Assembly: GCA_031539225.1 (NCBI GenBank)
Contig: JAVKLJ010000003.1
Coordinates: 11,069-75,068 of the forward strand
Direction of reading: 5' to 3'
Source of the DNA: Patescibacteria group bacterium
Lineage (GTDB): Bacteria; Patescibacteriota; Gracilibacteria; BD1-5; UBA2023
Length of the DNA: 64,000 bases
The notes beneath the pieces were generated by a model. That model was given only the letters and a program-made list of their open reading frames with translations, searched no databases and was not told where the DNA came from. Made by a program: the position numbers and the translations under genes. Shown here piece after piece: positions 21,685-34,089 of this stretch. Every line of letters starts with the position of its first letter. Position 1 is the first letter of the stretch.

Positions 21685-23268
21685 ATGAAAGTTCTCTTTA
21701 TCACTGGTGGTGTATTATCTGGGATAGGAAAAGGTATCGCAGCAGCATCCATCGGAGCACTCCTCAAATGAGCTGGGAAAAAAGTATTTTGTCAGAAATT
21801 TGATGGATATCTCAATGTGGATCCTGGGACGATGTCTCCATTTCAGCATGGTGAAGTATTCGTGACAAATGACGGAACTGAAACAGATCTCGATATAGGA
21901 CACTATGAGCGATTTCTCGATACGGATATGAATCGTTTTTCATCATTCACAACCGGGAAACTCTACGAAGAAATCATATCAAAAGAACGACGAGGTGACT
22001 ATCTCGGAGGAACGGTGCAAATAGTTCCCCATCTCACAAATCTGGTAAAAGAAAAAATACAGCTCGGGCATGAATCAGCTGGAGCAGATATATCCATCGT
22101 CGAAATCGGAGGTACTGTCGGAGATATGGAAAATGAATACCTTCTCGAATCAGCTCGACAACTCAGGCATGAACTTGGCGAAGAAAATGTCAGATTTATC
22201 CATGTGGCACTCCTGCCATACCTCATGGCATCGAAAGAACTCAAATCCAAACCAATCCAACACTCTGTTCGCACTCTTATGAGCTATGGGATCAGTCCTG
22301 ATTTTCTCGTTGTCCGAGCAGATACCGATATACCTGGAGACATGATGGACAAAATAGCAAGCATGTCAGGAATATCAAGAACACATGTCATATCAGCACC
22401 AACTCTCGACTCGATATATCGTGTTCCTCTTGCTTTTCATCGCGATAATCTCGGTGAGAAAATCATGAACGCACTCGCTCTCGGAAATCCAAAAATAGAT
22501 ATGGAAAAGTGGGAGAAGCTTCTCGAAAATATAGATAATTCAGAAGAGGTTCTAAAAATCGGTATGGTCGGAAAGTACACGGAACTTGAAGATGCCTATT
22601 ATAGTCTCAATGAGTGACTCAAATGTGCATGATTTGCTCATAAAAAACGAGTAAAAATCAGATTTATTGAGGCGGAAAATATAGAAAAAAATGGGATAAC
22701 TGAATTGGAGTGACTCGATGGAATATGTATTCCATGAGGATTTGGTGATAGAGGTATAGAAGGAATGATACTCGCAGCAGAGTACGCACGAACAAAAAAA
22801 ATCCCCTATCTCGGCATCTGTCTCGGATCGCAAATTATGGCGATAGAATTCGCGAGAAATGTACTCGGAATCACTGATGCTGGAAGTGAAGAGTTTATGC
22901 CAAATGGAGTAAATAACATCATCCATATCATGGAGCACCAAAAGTGACTCACGACAAAATGAGGGAATATGCGACTTGGATCGTATACATGTATACTCAA
23001 ATCAGGGACACTTGCTGAGAAAGTCTATGGGAATCATGAAGTATTAGAAAGACACCGTCATCGTTTCGAGTTTAACAATGCCTATAGGGCAGATATGGAA
23101 AAGAATGGCTTTATAATCTCGGGAACTTCGCCAGATGGCGAACTTGTCGAAGTTGTCGAACTCAAAAATCATCCATATATGATAGCCACTCAGGCTCATC
23201 CTGAACTCATATCTCGCCCAACTCGACCGCATCCACTCTTTATGGGATTTGTCGAAGCCATGCTTTAA
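21685..23268 (+). CDS. pyrG: CTP synthase
   Basis: [34 protein letters not shown]..., [34 protein letters not shown], and the GATase C-terminus GICLG...HRHR(F)E.N. Confidence 0.95.
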
Positions 23269-23305
23269 AAAAATACTCATACCTCTCGGTATGAGTATTT
23301 TTTAT
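23268..23305. terminator. bidirectional terminator between pyrG and the S8 protease gene
   Basis: Stem AAATACTCATACC / GGTATGAGTATTT with loop TCTC, flanked by an A-run and a T-run. Confidence 0.65.
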
Positions 23306-23310
23306 CGGAT

Positions 23311-26300
23311 TTAATCGGAAAATGCCTGTCGAATATATTTGAGTCGGGCGTCTGATATTTTTTGGAATGCGATATTGAGAGTTGTCGATTCAAGTGTCGA
23401 AATTTGAAGATTTCGGCGTTTTGTATCAAGAGCATGGAGGGCAAAATCATATCCGAGGAGCTTTTGTCCACGAGTCATGCCATGGCTGACTTTTACTATA
23501 ATGGGGTCAACGAGATATTTTTGTGCGTTCTCTGATGGTTTCTTTTGACTATCATATTTGACACTCTGAAGATAGGAGAGGATAGCGTGTTTTTGGAGAG
23601 AAACGATAACTCCATCAACAGATGAGAGGATATTATTTGAAGTTGAGAGTGCTGGTGAGAGGGACTTATTCAGGATATTTTGGAGAGAAAGTTGAGCAGA
23701 ATAATTCACAACAGTACTTGTGGGTCAACCTGGACCACCTCAACCACCCCCTCATCCTATAGATACAATAGGATTCACTGGTGAAGTTGGATTTCCGAGT
23801 GCAAACTGAGAAAAATGATTCGTCGTAAAACTACATACCCCAGCTGTCACAGTACATGAGCCAATATCCGCAAATGAATCACCTATAGAATCGGAACGAT
23901 ATACTCGCATTATGATACCGTTTGGCTGAGAAGTCTTGATGTCGATATTTGCGAGTTGCCCTGAGAGTGCAAGTGGCGTTGAGGAGCTTCAAATTTGATA
24001 CAATGAATCAGCTGTAATGACGCTACCATCTATAAGACGAATCCCTGTATTTGTCGAAAGAAGTTCAGGTGACTGAAAGAGTCAGTCCCAAGATCAAGAA
24101 GCACTAATAGTAAGCCCACTGAGTACTAGCTGAATAGTTGCTGTACTTCCGGAATCTGCGAGAATCAATTTCTGTGTTCCAGTATTTGTGTATGTAATAC
24201 CAGTTGCCGTACTTCCAGAAAGGTATAAGGTAGTTCATGAAGCGATAATATTTCCAGTATTTGAGAAAGAAATAGGTTTTGGTGTATGAAATGAGCTATA
24301 TTCGAAACGAAATCCTGTAGAGTATACGAGACTATTTGCTGTAGCATAATAGTAGTATGTTGTATCTGGTTCAAGTCAGAGAATATCGATTTTTCCTATA
24401 TCATCAGCCGTATAGAATGAATGAGTATCTGTGACATCTTTCAGTTTTGCCACACAAACAGTAGTTTGATACGAGTGCCAAACTTGTAATGGGTCCATCA
24501 ACATTGGCATAGCATAGACTGGACAACCTTCATTCATTATTGATTGTCCGTAACCAGCATATTCACCTGTTCAGAATGAACTACTAATATATCCTGTTCC
24601 GGTAACTGGGCTTTTTCATAAACTCAGTAAAATCATTTTATAAAATTCAGCATTTGTAATAGTGGCATTTGGCCGAAATGTCAGAGTAGCTAAATTTAAT
24701 ACTCAACTTTGAGAAAGAGATTCTATATACCCACAGACATCCCCTATTGAACTTGTTACATCTATAAAAATATTTCCAGTACAAGCTGTTGGCATATATC
24801 CTCATACTTTTGCAATCAACTTTGCAGCTTCTGCACGAGTCATATTATTATCTACTCCTGTTTCAGTATTTGATGATAGCATACCATTCGCAAAGAGTGT
24901 TTCAATCTGCGGAAGGATTCATGATGTTCCAGAAAAATTTTTATTCTTTGAAATGAAAAACTCTTTTCAAATAGAACCATTTTTTATAGAAGCATCTATC
25001 ATAGCTTTTGCACCTGATTCTCCTGAAAGCGTAATTTTTATAGAATTAATAGTAGGCTTCTCGAGTCACTTGAGCATATTTGTGACATTGAGTCGACCAT
25101 ATATTACTTTACTCGCAAGTTGTGACTTGTAGTCACTCGACCAGAGAATTGCATTTCTGATATCGGCTATACTCACATTTGGTGCATAGCTCATAGCAAG
25201 TGCGGCAGCACCAGCGACATGAGGGGCTGCCATGGAAGTTCACTGAAGAAAATTATATCATCCTGATTCTCCATTATCAGTTCGTTCAACAAAAAATCAG
25301 CTTGTAATTCTACATCCGCCATAATACCTTCCAGTAGCAGGATCTATATCATCTATATTATCACTATGCCATCAGAGACGGACTTTAAATGTTGAATTGA
25401 GAGTATCGAAAAGATTTATACTCACATATGCGCGGACTCCTTCGCGTCCATCGAGAATGGCACCAGTCGCCCAAGATTCACTCCAAAGGGAATCCTCATC
25501 AATTTTTTTATCTTCTACATATCAATTTCCTGAATCATGTCATATAGATACATAATCTTTCCATGTTCATGTATTTGGAGTATCACACCAAATAGGTATA
25601 GACGCTACATAAGCAGACTTCATTCCACTTGAGGTAAATATTTTCTCTATATAAGCATTGGAGCCAGAAGTATATAGTGGCTCTCATGAGAGGGTAGTAC
25701 TTAAATCGTCCATAAAAAGATATCATCCATTTCAAAGGGATCCACTATTCATAAAGAGTATTCATGAGTGAGAAGCGTTTGTTTTTACCCAGCCGTCTGT
25801 CATATAATCAGTTTCAGAAGACACTGTTCGGTAAGTACTATAAATACTCGTTCATGGTGCCGCTATATGTACAGTTCCTGTACCGTAATTTGAAAAAGAT
25901 GCAAGATTATCATTCTCATCAGAAGCCGCTACAGAAATAGTATTTTGAAGTCAAGGATAAGTCACTTCACCTGAGAGGATAGCCTCACCTGATGCATTTA
26001 TTCATTCACCAGAAACAGTAAGTGAAGATCAAAATCATGCTGGATAAAATCTCCCAGTATCACTATTAAATGAATCATTTCCAGCTGCGGCAATAAATAA
26101 TCCAGGAAAATTCTGAATTGTCTGATAAGTAAGGTAATCAAATTCACCTACAGTTTTAGGAGTATATCATCATGCCCCGAAACTCGCATTAATTACCTTT
26201 GCACCATTATATCGAGCAAAATTTATACCTCGAATAATATCACTCGTACTACATCAATTATTACATACCTTCACTGCCATCAGAGTAACATTTGGTGCAA

Positions 26301-27339
26301 TTCAGACGATACCAGTACCATTATTTGTGATGGCTCATATAGTTCCCGCAACATGGGTACCATGTGAGATATATTTTCATTCTTGAGGGTCTATATCTTG
26401 ATTGGCAAAATCATATCCATGCATACATCCACCTACATATGCCCCTGTATCTGAGAGACAGTTTTGTCCGTTCCACATATGTCCTGCGAGATCAGGATGA
26501 TTGTAGGCTATACCTGTATCGAGTACCGCGACGATGACTCCCGTTCAGAGTTTTCCACTTGCATAGTTCATCGCCTCAGGATAGTCGATATCTGCATCTG
26601 GAGTACCAACAACTCATTCGACAGATTGTCCTTCATTATGCAGTCACCAAAGTTTTCAAAAGTCAGGATCATTCGCTGACTGTACAGTATAGATAAAATT
26701 TTTCTGTACATGTTCTACTCGTGGATCTTGTTTTATTTGCTCAATCATCGTTTCGATATTTCCAGAACCTGTATCAATAGTAAAAGAATCTGCAAGCTGA
26801 AATGATGAGTTCACAGTTTCAATAGGAGAAATCTCAGGTGTAACGACGACGATATTATTTTCAGATATTGTCTCAGTTATCTTTATATCATGATTGGAGG
26901 TAAAAGTATCTACCTGATATTGTCCAACCATCGTATCTATATCAGTCTTAAACTGGACGAGAATCTCATTCTCTGGTGCTGTCTCTGATTTTTTCACGAT
27001 ATTTTGATCTATGAGGATCTCACTTCCTGTTTGTGACACTATTTCATCAATAGGAGATGATACCGTCGATACTCCAGATGAAGTAGTTTCTGGAAACGAC
27101 GAACCAGTCTCAGTAAACCCAGTATTTGTTTCGAGAATCTCACCTGTCGAATCAGATACATCTGGCATGAGAGTTCCTGTATCAGTAGGAACTATCTCTC
27201 CTGGGAGATTTTCCTGAACTATGGAAGATGATCCAGAATCGGTTATTTCATCTGCCCATACGAGCGATGGAATGAACATATTTCACAGAAAAACAGTCAG
27301 TGCAATCTCTGCAATAATGATACGAAAATATCGAAACAT
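23311..27339 (-). CDS. 1342-aa secreted subtilisin-family (S8) serine protease with a long C-terminal extension
   Basis: Signal peptide MFRYFRIIIAEIALTVFLGNMFIPSLVWA. Catalytic motifs in order: VAVLDTGI (about 26500), SHGTHVAGT (26356-26370) and GTSMAAPHVAG (about 25215-25242). The two terminal track fragments (23311-23709, 26656-27279) share one frame. TAA stop at 23311-23313. Confidence 0.85.
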
Positions 27340-27342
27340 AAA

Positions 27343-27375
27343 AAAGTGGAAAAGTAATAACTCTTCCACTTTGCC
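27343..27375 (-). terminator. terminator-like hairpin after nusA, abutting the protease start codon
   Basis: Minus strand: AAGTGGAA, 12-nt loop, TTCCACTT, then TTTTT, then the ATG. Confidence 0.5.
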
Positions 27376-27438
27376 ACAACATTAAAAAATACACATATAA
27401 TTTTTATATTTTGAGGAAATTATTCCTTGACATAATTC

Positions 27439-28524
27439 TTATTCCTCTCCTTCTGTAGGCTCGACTGCAGCACCAGCGATAGTCGTCAGAGAGATACGAT
27501 ATCCGAGAAGGTCTCCCGCGATATTGATATTTGTCCCTCCTCGACCGAGTACTTTTGCCTTTTCTTCATCCTTCACTGTCGCTCGAATGATAGTATTTTC
27601 CTCATCGATTTCGATATCTTCGACGATACCAGGAACGAGTGCTCGACGAACCATTTCTTCTTGATTGGTTGTATAGTTGAGAATATCAATTTTCTCACCA
27701 AAGAGTTCATCAACAATATTGCGAACTCGCATACCTTTTGGTCAGATGAGACATCCTGCTGGATCGATATCACTATCATCAGAGGCAACGATGATTTTTG
27801 TTTTTACTCCTGGCATACGAGCAATAGAGATGATTTCTACGATACCCTCTTCAAGTTCTGGAGTATTCATTTCAAAAAGCTTCACCACGAGTTCTTTATC
27901 CTTACGAGAGAGTATAACACGAGGTCCGAGAACTGGATCGATTTCTACTTTTCGTACATAGAGATGCATTCGGTGGCCTGGAGTATACTTATCTTTTGGA
28001 TTTTGTTCGCTCTTTGGGAGGATTACTTGATTTCCATTATAATCAAAAACAACACGGTTTTTTTCCACGAGTTCTATACGCATGCTCACAATAGTATCTT
28101 CTTTATCTTTGAAAAGATGATAAAGCTTCTCTTTTTCTGTTTCTCCGATTTTTTGAACTATCACCTGTTTTGCTGCTTGTGAAGCAATTCGTCCAAATCC
28201 TTCTGAAGTCATCACCTCATCGGATACATCGATTTCGACAGTATCACCGAGGGCAAAACCACTCTCATCACCACCGATTTCTTCATAAGAAATCTCGATA
28301 CTTGGATCCATGACTTCATCAACAATTGTCTTTTCGATAGACACTTCGATAGCACCTGTAGCCATATCGAGATGGACATTCACATTTGCATCTTTACTTG
28401 CAAAGTCTTTTTTATAGGCTGTCTTGATAGCGTGCTCGATGATTTCCACGAGTTTTTCTCGTGAGATTTTCTTTTCTGCACCAATCTGATTGATAGCGGC
28501 TTCAATTTTTTGTATATCAAACAT
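27439..28524 (-). CDS. nusA: transcription termination/antitermination factor NusA
   Basis: N-terminal, S1 and KH domain sequence, with two same-frame track fragments joined by TGA at 27742-27744. Confidence 0.9.
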
Positions 28525-28627
28525 AAAAAAATGAGGGTAAAATAATAAGGGTAAAAAAAAGATTCGCTTCGTGCAAATCTTTTTACCGTATGGAGTAATT
28601 ATAGTGAATTAGATAAAAAAGCAAGCC

Positions 28628-29806
28628 TTATTTTTTTCGATTTACGAATGCCTGCTGAGCAATGACAAAAAGTGTTCCCATAAACCAATAGAGAGCAACA
28701 CCAAGTGGGAAAAAATACGCAGTAACACCAATCATAAGAGGGAAAAAATAGAGCATCATATTTTGCATCATAGCAGGATCAAGTGCCATTTCAGTCATAT
28801 CTTCATGTTTTTGTACCTCTTTCGTATCCTTTGATTTTTTTTCAGTATATGTGACAGACATGCGAGCCTGAATATACTGTACAATAGCAAGTACAACTCC
28901 TGCTCAAATACCGAAAATTCCACCAACTACCGAGAGATCCAAACCATAAAATAATGTAGAAATCTCTGTTGGACGGAAACTTGCAAAAATCGAATAGAGA
29001 TGATAAAAATTTGATGGATCATTTATCTCTGAAATCACCCAATAGAGACCTATCAATATCGGCATCTGGATAAACATAGGAGCGATAGAACCCATAGGAT
29101 TGACTCATTCAGCCTTATAGAGCTCGAGCATCTTCATACCGAGCGTTGCTTGATCATCTTTATATTCTTTTTGGAGTGCTTTGATTTTTGGTTGGATTTT
29201 CTGCATCTTTTTTTGTCATTCGAGCATATGGTTCTGTGGAACCAAGAGAATGAAGCGGATAATAATAGTCAGAATAATAATAGCCCAACCGAGAGAATGC
29301 TCTGGAAGAAATGTCAAAAGAGCGACAAAGAGATTATAAATAGGCTGATAGACGATAAATGACAAGGTATTACGAATAAGTCCTGGTTTCTCTACAGAAA
29401 ATGCCACCATTCTTTCGCCAAACTGAGTTTTGAGAGTGAGGAGATATTTTCCATCTTGCTTTGCAAAAATCGGATAGAGTTCTTTGAGGGGAATATCCTT
29501 TGTCATACCACTTGCAACGGAAAGATTTCGACAAAATGCAGGAGCAAGTCCACTCATTCCGACGAGAGGGAGAGAGTTCACTGTAATTGTGACTTCCTGA
29601 CATGGATTGATGGAAATAGTACCTGTTGATGTATTTTTGAGAGATACAACTGGAATATTTGGGATTACAACACTCTCTTTTTTCACACTCAAAATAGCTC
29701 CTACTGGGAGAGATTCTGTTGGTTTTGTCGGAACAAAGAAATACTGTACCAAAAGAGATAAGAGAAATGCAAGGATGAAGAGATTGAGAAGTTTAAGTTT
29801 TTCCAT
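28628..29806 (-). CDS. yidC: membrane protein insertase YidC
   Basis: Three same-frame fragments. WAIIILTIIIRFILLVP, QKKMQKIQPKIKALQKEYKDD, GVNPMGS..PMFIQMPILIGLY. Confidence 0.9.
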
Positions 29807-29816
29807 AAAAGAGAAT

Positions 29817-30206
29817 TTAAAGCGACGATGAAGTTTCTACTGGATTTGGTCTTTTGGGTGTACCTGATTCGCGAATAATGCGTGCAAGAAACATAATGTT
29901 TTTCTCAAATTCTGCAACACAATTTGCATCAGTATAATCGAGAATTGTTCATTTCTTTGGCACAAGGACGATATCACTCGATATATTTCCTACTTTCTGT
30001 GAAAAAATATCATAAAATTTTCTCCGAAAAAAATTCCGATTCACACTCCCATTCGCACACTTTGATGGGAGAAGAATCCCAAGACGGGGAAATGAAAGAG
30101 TATTTGGAGTAGTATTTGCAACGAACAAATACGAAAAGAAAGGCTTTTTTCGAGATAAAACCTTTCTAAATTCTCGTTCTGTAAGACGATATTTTTTTTT
30201 GATCAT
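29817..30206 (-). CDS. rnpA: RNase P protein component
   Basis: MIKKKYRLTEREFRKVLSRKKPFFS...; sits in the rpmH-rnpA-yidC order. Extended through TGA at 29949-29951 to TAA at 29817-29819. Confidence 0.8.
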
Positions 30207-30230
30207 TTGGTTGCGTACTAAAAAGGACGA

Positions 30231-30470
30231 CTAGCCACGGAATCTTTCAGTAATACCTGGAAGAGTTACGATACGCGCATTTCCACCAGCAACATTGTGG
30301 TGCTTACTTTTACCGCGCACATTTTTGAATCGATTTGGGTAGCTTACAGCGAGTACATGACGGCCTTTTCTTCGGCGAGCCTTGAGTACTTTTTGTCCGT
30401 CTACAGTTGATTTGCGTGCGAGAAATCCATGAACGCGAAGGCGTTTTCTTTTCTTGAGTTTTCCGATCAT
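30231..30470 (-). CDS. rpmH: 50S ribosomal protein L34 with an unusual 35-aa C-terminal extension
   Basis: [38 protein letters not shown] is the L34 core. The frame stays open for 35 more codons to TAG at 30231-30233. Confidence 0.8.
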   Translation of the reverse strand: MIGKLKKRKRLRVHGFLARKSTVDGQKVLKARRRKGRHVLAVSYPNRFKNVRGKSKHHNVAGGNARIVTLPGITERFRG

Positions 30471-30499
30471 ATATTCTAGTGTTTAAAAAAAGCTTCGGG

Positions 30500-30527
30500 A
30501 TTCTATGGAAAAAGTGAAAGTTGTCAA
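30500..30527 (-). promoter_or_regulatory. promoter candidate for rpmH-rnpA-yidC
   Basis: Minus strand: TTGACA (30522-30527), 16-nt spacer, TAGAAT (30500-30505). Confidence 0.5.
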
Positions 30528-30532
30528 TTTTT

Positions 30533-32971
30533 TTATTGAGCACCGATACGATAAATGATTTCTTTCTCGACGAATTCACGCTCTCGACCATACTTGAGCC
30601 GAGAAAGTTCCCTCAAAGCGTTTCATACCACGACATCTCATTTCTCGAGCCATGGGAAAGGGACATTCAGAGAAAACCCGGGACTTGGCTGACCATCGAT
30701 AGAAAGCTTGATAGCAGCCTTGAATTTATCCATATTTACAAAGTCTTGGTCTGAATAGACTGGAGCAAATTGCTTTGCCATCATTTCAGCATCTTCTGGA
30801 CCTATTTTATAACTCATAATTGTTCCCACATTTCCAAATATTGCGTCTTTGAGATTCAGATTGGATTTCGTGAGAGAGTCGGATTTTTGGAGTTGACCGA
30901 GGTATTGATGAGCCATGACGAGACCGAGGCGGTATTTACGAGCTTCTGAGAGGATGGATTCAATAGAATCCGTCACAAAGTTTTGGAATTCATCGATATA
31001 GAGAAAGAAGTCTTTTCTTTCAGTTGATGCCATATTTTGCCTGCGCATCGCTGCAATTTGAAATTTTGAAACGAGAATCAGGCCCAAAAGATTGGAATTG
31101 AGATCTCAGAGAGTTCCCTTCGAAAGCGTCGCAAGAAATATTTTTTCATGATTCATGATATCGACGATATCAAATGCGCTCTTCGTCTGTCCGACGATGT
31201 TTCGCATCATCGTATTCGTGATAAACTGACCAAATTTCGCAGCAAAATACGGGATAATTTCCCCTTTTTCTCGTTCACCCATCTTTGCATAGGTATAGTC
31301 CCACCACGATTTTACGATAGGATTTTTGAGTGTGGTTCGGCGTTCTCTCTGGAAATTTTCATCGGTAAAGAGACGAATCAAATCCGTAATAGCTCATCCC
31401 TGAGGATAGTCCATCAGCGTGAGACACCCATTTCGAAAATAATCCTGTATTCGCGGTCCAAATATTTCGTTTCAAAAAAGCTTGATCATGATATTCGTCG
31501 CATCTGCAACGACCATCTGTTTTTCATCATCATTCGATGCTTCGAGCATATTGAGTCACATAGGACGACCCAGATCTCCCGGATCAAAATACACGAGATC
31601 ATCCGCTCGACTTTTTGGTACAAAAGGGAGAAGATCTTTTACGAGATCACCATGGGGATCTACCACCGCGATTCAGGCACCATTTGCGAGGTCCTGACGA
31701 GCCATCACTTGGATAATAGATGATTTACCTGTACCTGTCTGTCATATCACATAGAAGTGACGGAAACGGTCCTCATTTTTGATATAGATAGGCTTCTTTT
31801 CATTTCGAAAAACATTATCACCGATATAGAGCCCCTCCTTTGCGACATTGGTTGGAGACTTTACCGCTTTAAATCTCTGCCAGCGGATTTCTGGTTGTTT
31901 ATTATATTTTGAATGTGGAAAATGAAAAAGTGTTGAGAGTTCTTCACTATTGAGGATAGGTGTATGTTGCCACCATGCAAATTGACGAAAAACATAATGT
32001 CGAATCAGGAGAGAAAGGGATTTTCTTTTTACGGGCTTGAATCGATTGTATGAAGGGGATGCAAACTGAGAAAATGCTGAGATAATATTGGCAAGTTCCG
32101 CCTCTGTTTTATCGACATCATTTCCTGTAGTGATGATACGAATAGCTGTAGAATATCCTGTCTTTTTTACTTTTTCTTTCATCATTCCCTCTTCATCCAT
32201 TGGTTCATCTTCATTTTCATTCTGATTTCCATCATTTTTGAGGGATTCATCAGGAGAATGAGCGATAATTTCGATAAATTTCCCAATCCACGCAAATGGA
32301 TTCCATGAAAAACCATGATTATGTCCTCATTTTTTTTCGGCTTTTCTGATTTTTTTTCTGATAGTATCTTGCCAGTCATCGTCGACTGGACGCAACAGTA
32401 TCTGAACCACCGCGGATTCATCTTCAGAAAGTTTTGAAAGTGCCGAGAGAATCGAGTTTATACTATCTGATTCGAGTTTCTGATAAGTACGAATAGGAAA
32501 CTCATCAGATTTTTTTAGTTTCATGATTTCACCACGAACAAATTTTCGCTTCTCAAAAATATTGAGTTCTGGAGTCTCTTCGATGACACAATCAGGATAA
32601 AAACCGATAATTTGCTTCTCCATGAGGACTTTACGCGAACGAGAAAGAGCAATATAAAAATATATCTCTTCTTTATGTGCGACATATTCGAGGGAGATAT
32701 ATTCCTGACCAAAGAGCCATCACTTGAGCGTACTCGAGTACATCGCCTTCATACTCGCAAGAAGCTGTTCCATGATGGATATTTGTTCCCGAAAATCTTT
32801 TACTGTTTCTTTTTTTTCATCAAGGTCACTATCTTTTCGAGCGATGATTACTCGCAAAAAAACCATATCCACAGAACGCGCAAGTGCTATTTTCCGTCTG
32901 ATATTGAGATAGAAAAACACGATTGCGATAAGAACAAAAACAATGATGAACAAAATTTCAGAAAGGGGCAT
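30533..32971 (-). CDS. VirD4/TraG/TrwB-like type IV coupling-protein ATPase with a membrane-anchored N-terminal domain
   Basis: Five same-frame fragments joined by TGA. N-terminal transmembrane helix, Walker A GQTGTGKSS, VVDPHGDL, Walker B LYIDEFQNF, AHQYLGQL. TAA stop at 30533-30535. Confidence 0.75.
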
Positions 32972-32999
32972 GGAGGACAAAAGTTAGAGAAAAAGACGA

Positions 33000-33989
33000 T
33001 TATCCTTTGAGAATAAAGAACCGAAATATCGCATGACTCGCGACGAGAATAGTAAATCCTATAAAAATATAGAGAACCGTATGTTTTGCTTTTTTAAGTT
33101 TCTCTTCATCACCTCATGATATGAGCACTTGCCAACCAGCATAGATAACGAGGAGAACACAGAGAACTGTCAAAAAACTATTGAAATAATTGATGATTTT
33201 TGCAATGATGCCAACAGCACCGCTCAAATCCTGAGATTTGATTTCACATGTTCCGATACTAAAAAGTCCTGAATTTTTACAATTTGGAGATCCATATAGT
33301 GCTGATACGAGTGATTCTGGAATCTTTATGAGGAAAAATCCAACGAGACCATAAATAATAGTATTTTTTCATTTCTTGAGCTTTTCTTCATCTCCTGCTC
33401 AAGCAATGATAGTATAAAAGGCATAGACCGCCATCATGAGAAAACCAAAGGATGCAAGCATTTGAAGGAGACGAACAATTGGAGCAAAGAGATTTTGCCA
33501 AATTTGAAAACCAAAGGAGCTTCCAATATACACAGTAGAATCCTTTATAATCATGAGATTCCAAAAAGAAAACGCGCTTTGCATGACAAATATGCCCACA
33601 GAAACCCATATAATATTTGATTTCCACTTTTTCACTGCCTCATCATCTCCAGGAGAAAATAGGAGCTTAATAATAGCAAGAATCAGAAAGAGAATAGCGA
33701 TAGCGATAAAGAAATTTTTTACCTGAAATGCGATACTCGTAAATGCAGCGAGTATCCCTGATCCCCCTGTTACCTCAGGCGTAAAAAAGAAATCTTTGAC
33801 TGGTCAGACAAATGCCTCAAGCTGAGAATCAGGACCCACTCCAGTATCACCGATATTTGGGTTACGAAGATTGATATCATTTTGCATGCCAATCGATGAT
33901 GTCGAAACACTGATAAGCGGAGCGGCAAATACTTCAAAAGTGGAAAAGAAAAAAAGCAGAGAGACAAGAAGAGTAAAAAGAAATTTCAT
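33000..33989 (-). CDS. TrbC/VirB2-like pilin protein with three tandem pilin-type units
   Basis: Signal peptide MKFLFTLLVSLLFFFSTFEVFAAP, then three units, each with paired transmembrane helices. The units are linked by SPGDDEAVKKWK, AGAGDEEKLKKGK and SGGDEEKLKKAK. The gene ends 28 nt before the ATPase gene. Confidence 0.55.
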
Positions 33990-34089
33990 ATGAAAAAATG
34001 ACGATTATCCTGAGTATATCGATACTTGAGGAAAAAAGCAAACATTCTCATCCCTTCATACTTTCCTTTTTCCTATTTCTTTTTATACT

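Noticed and set aside
27661-28182. The 173-aa plus-strand ORF; similar shadow ORFs occur at 31148-31723, 45240-45680, 62700-63188 and 34380-34971.
   Set aside because: They are antisense or out of frame relative to nusA, the coupling-protein genes, comEC and fmt. Their composition is low-complexity Phe/Ile/Ser-rich with no homology cues.
29817-30532. A replication origin next to rpmH-rnpA-yidC.
   Set aside because: No dnaA or dnaN gene is adjacent, and I could not find a cluster of DnaA-box-like 9-mers. The spacer is short and is explained by a consensus-like promoter.
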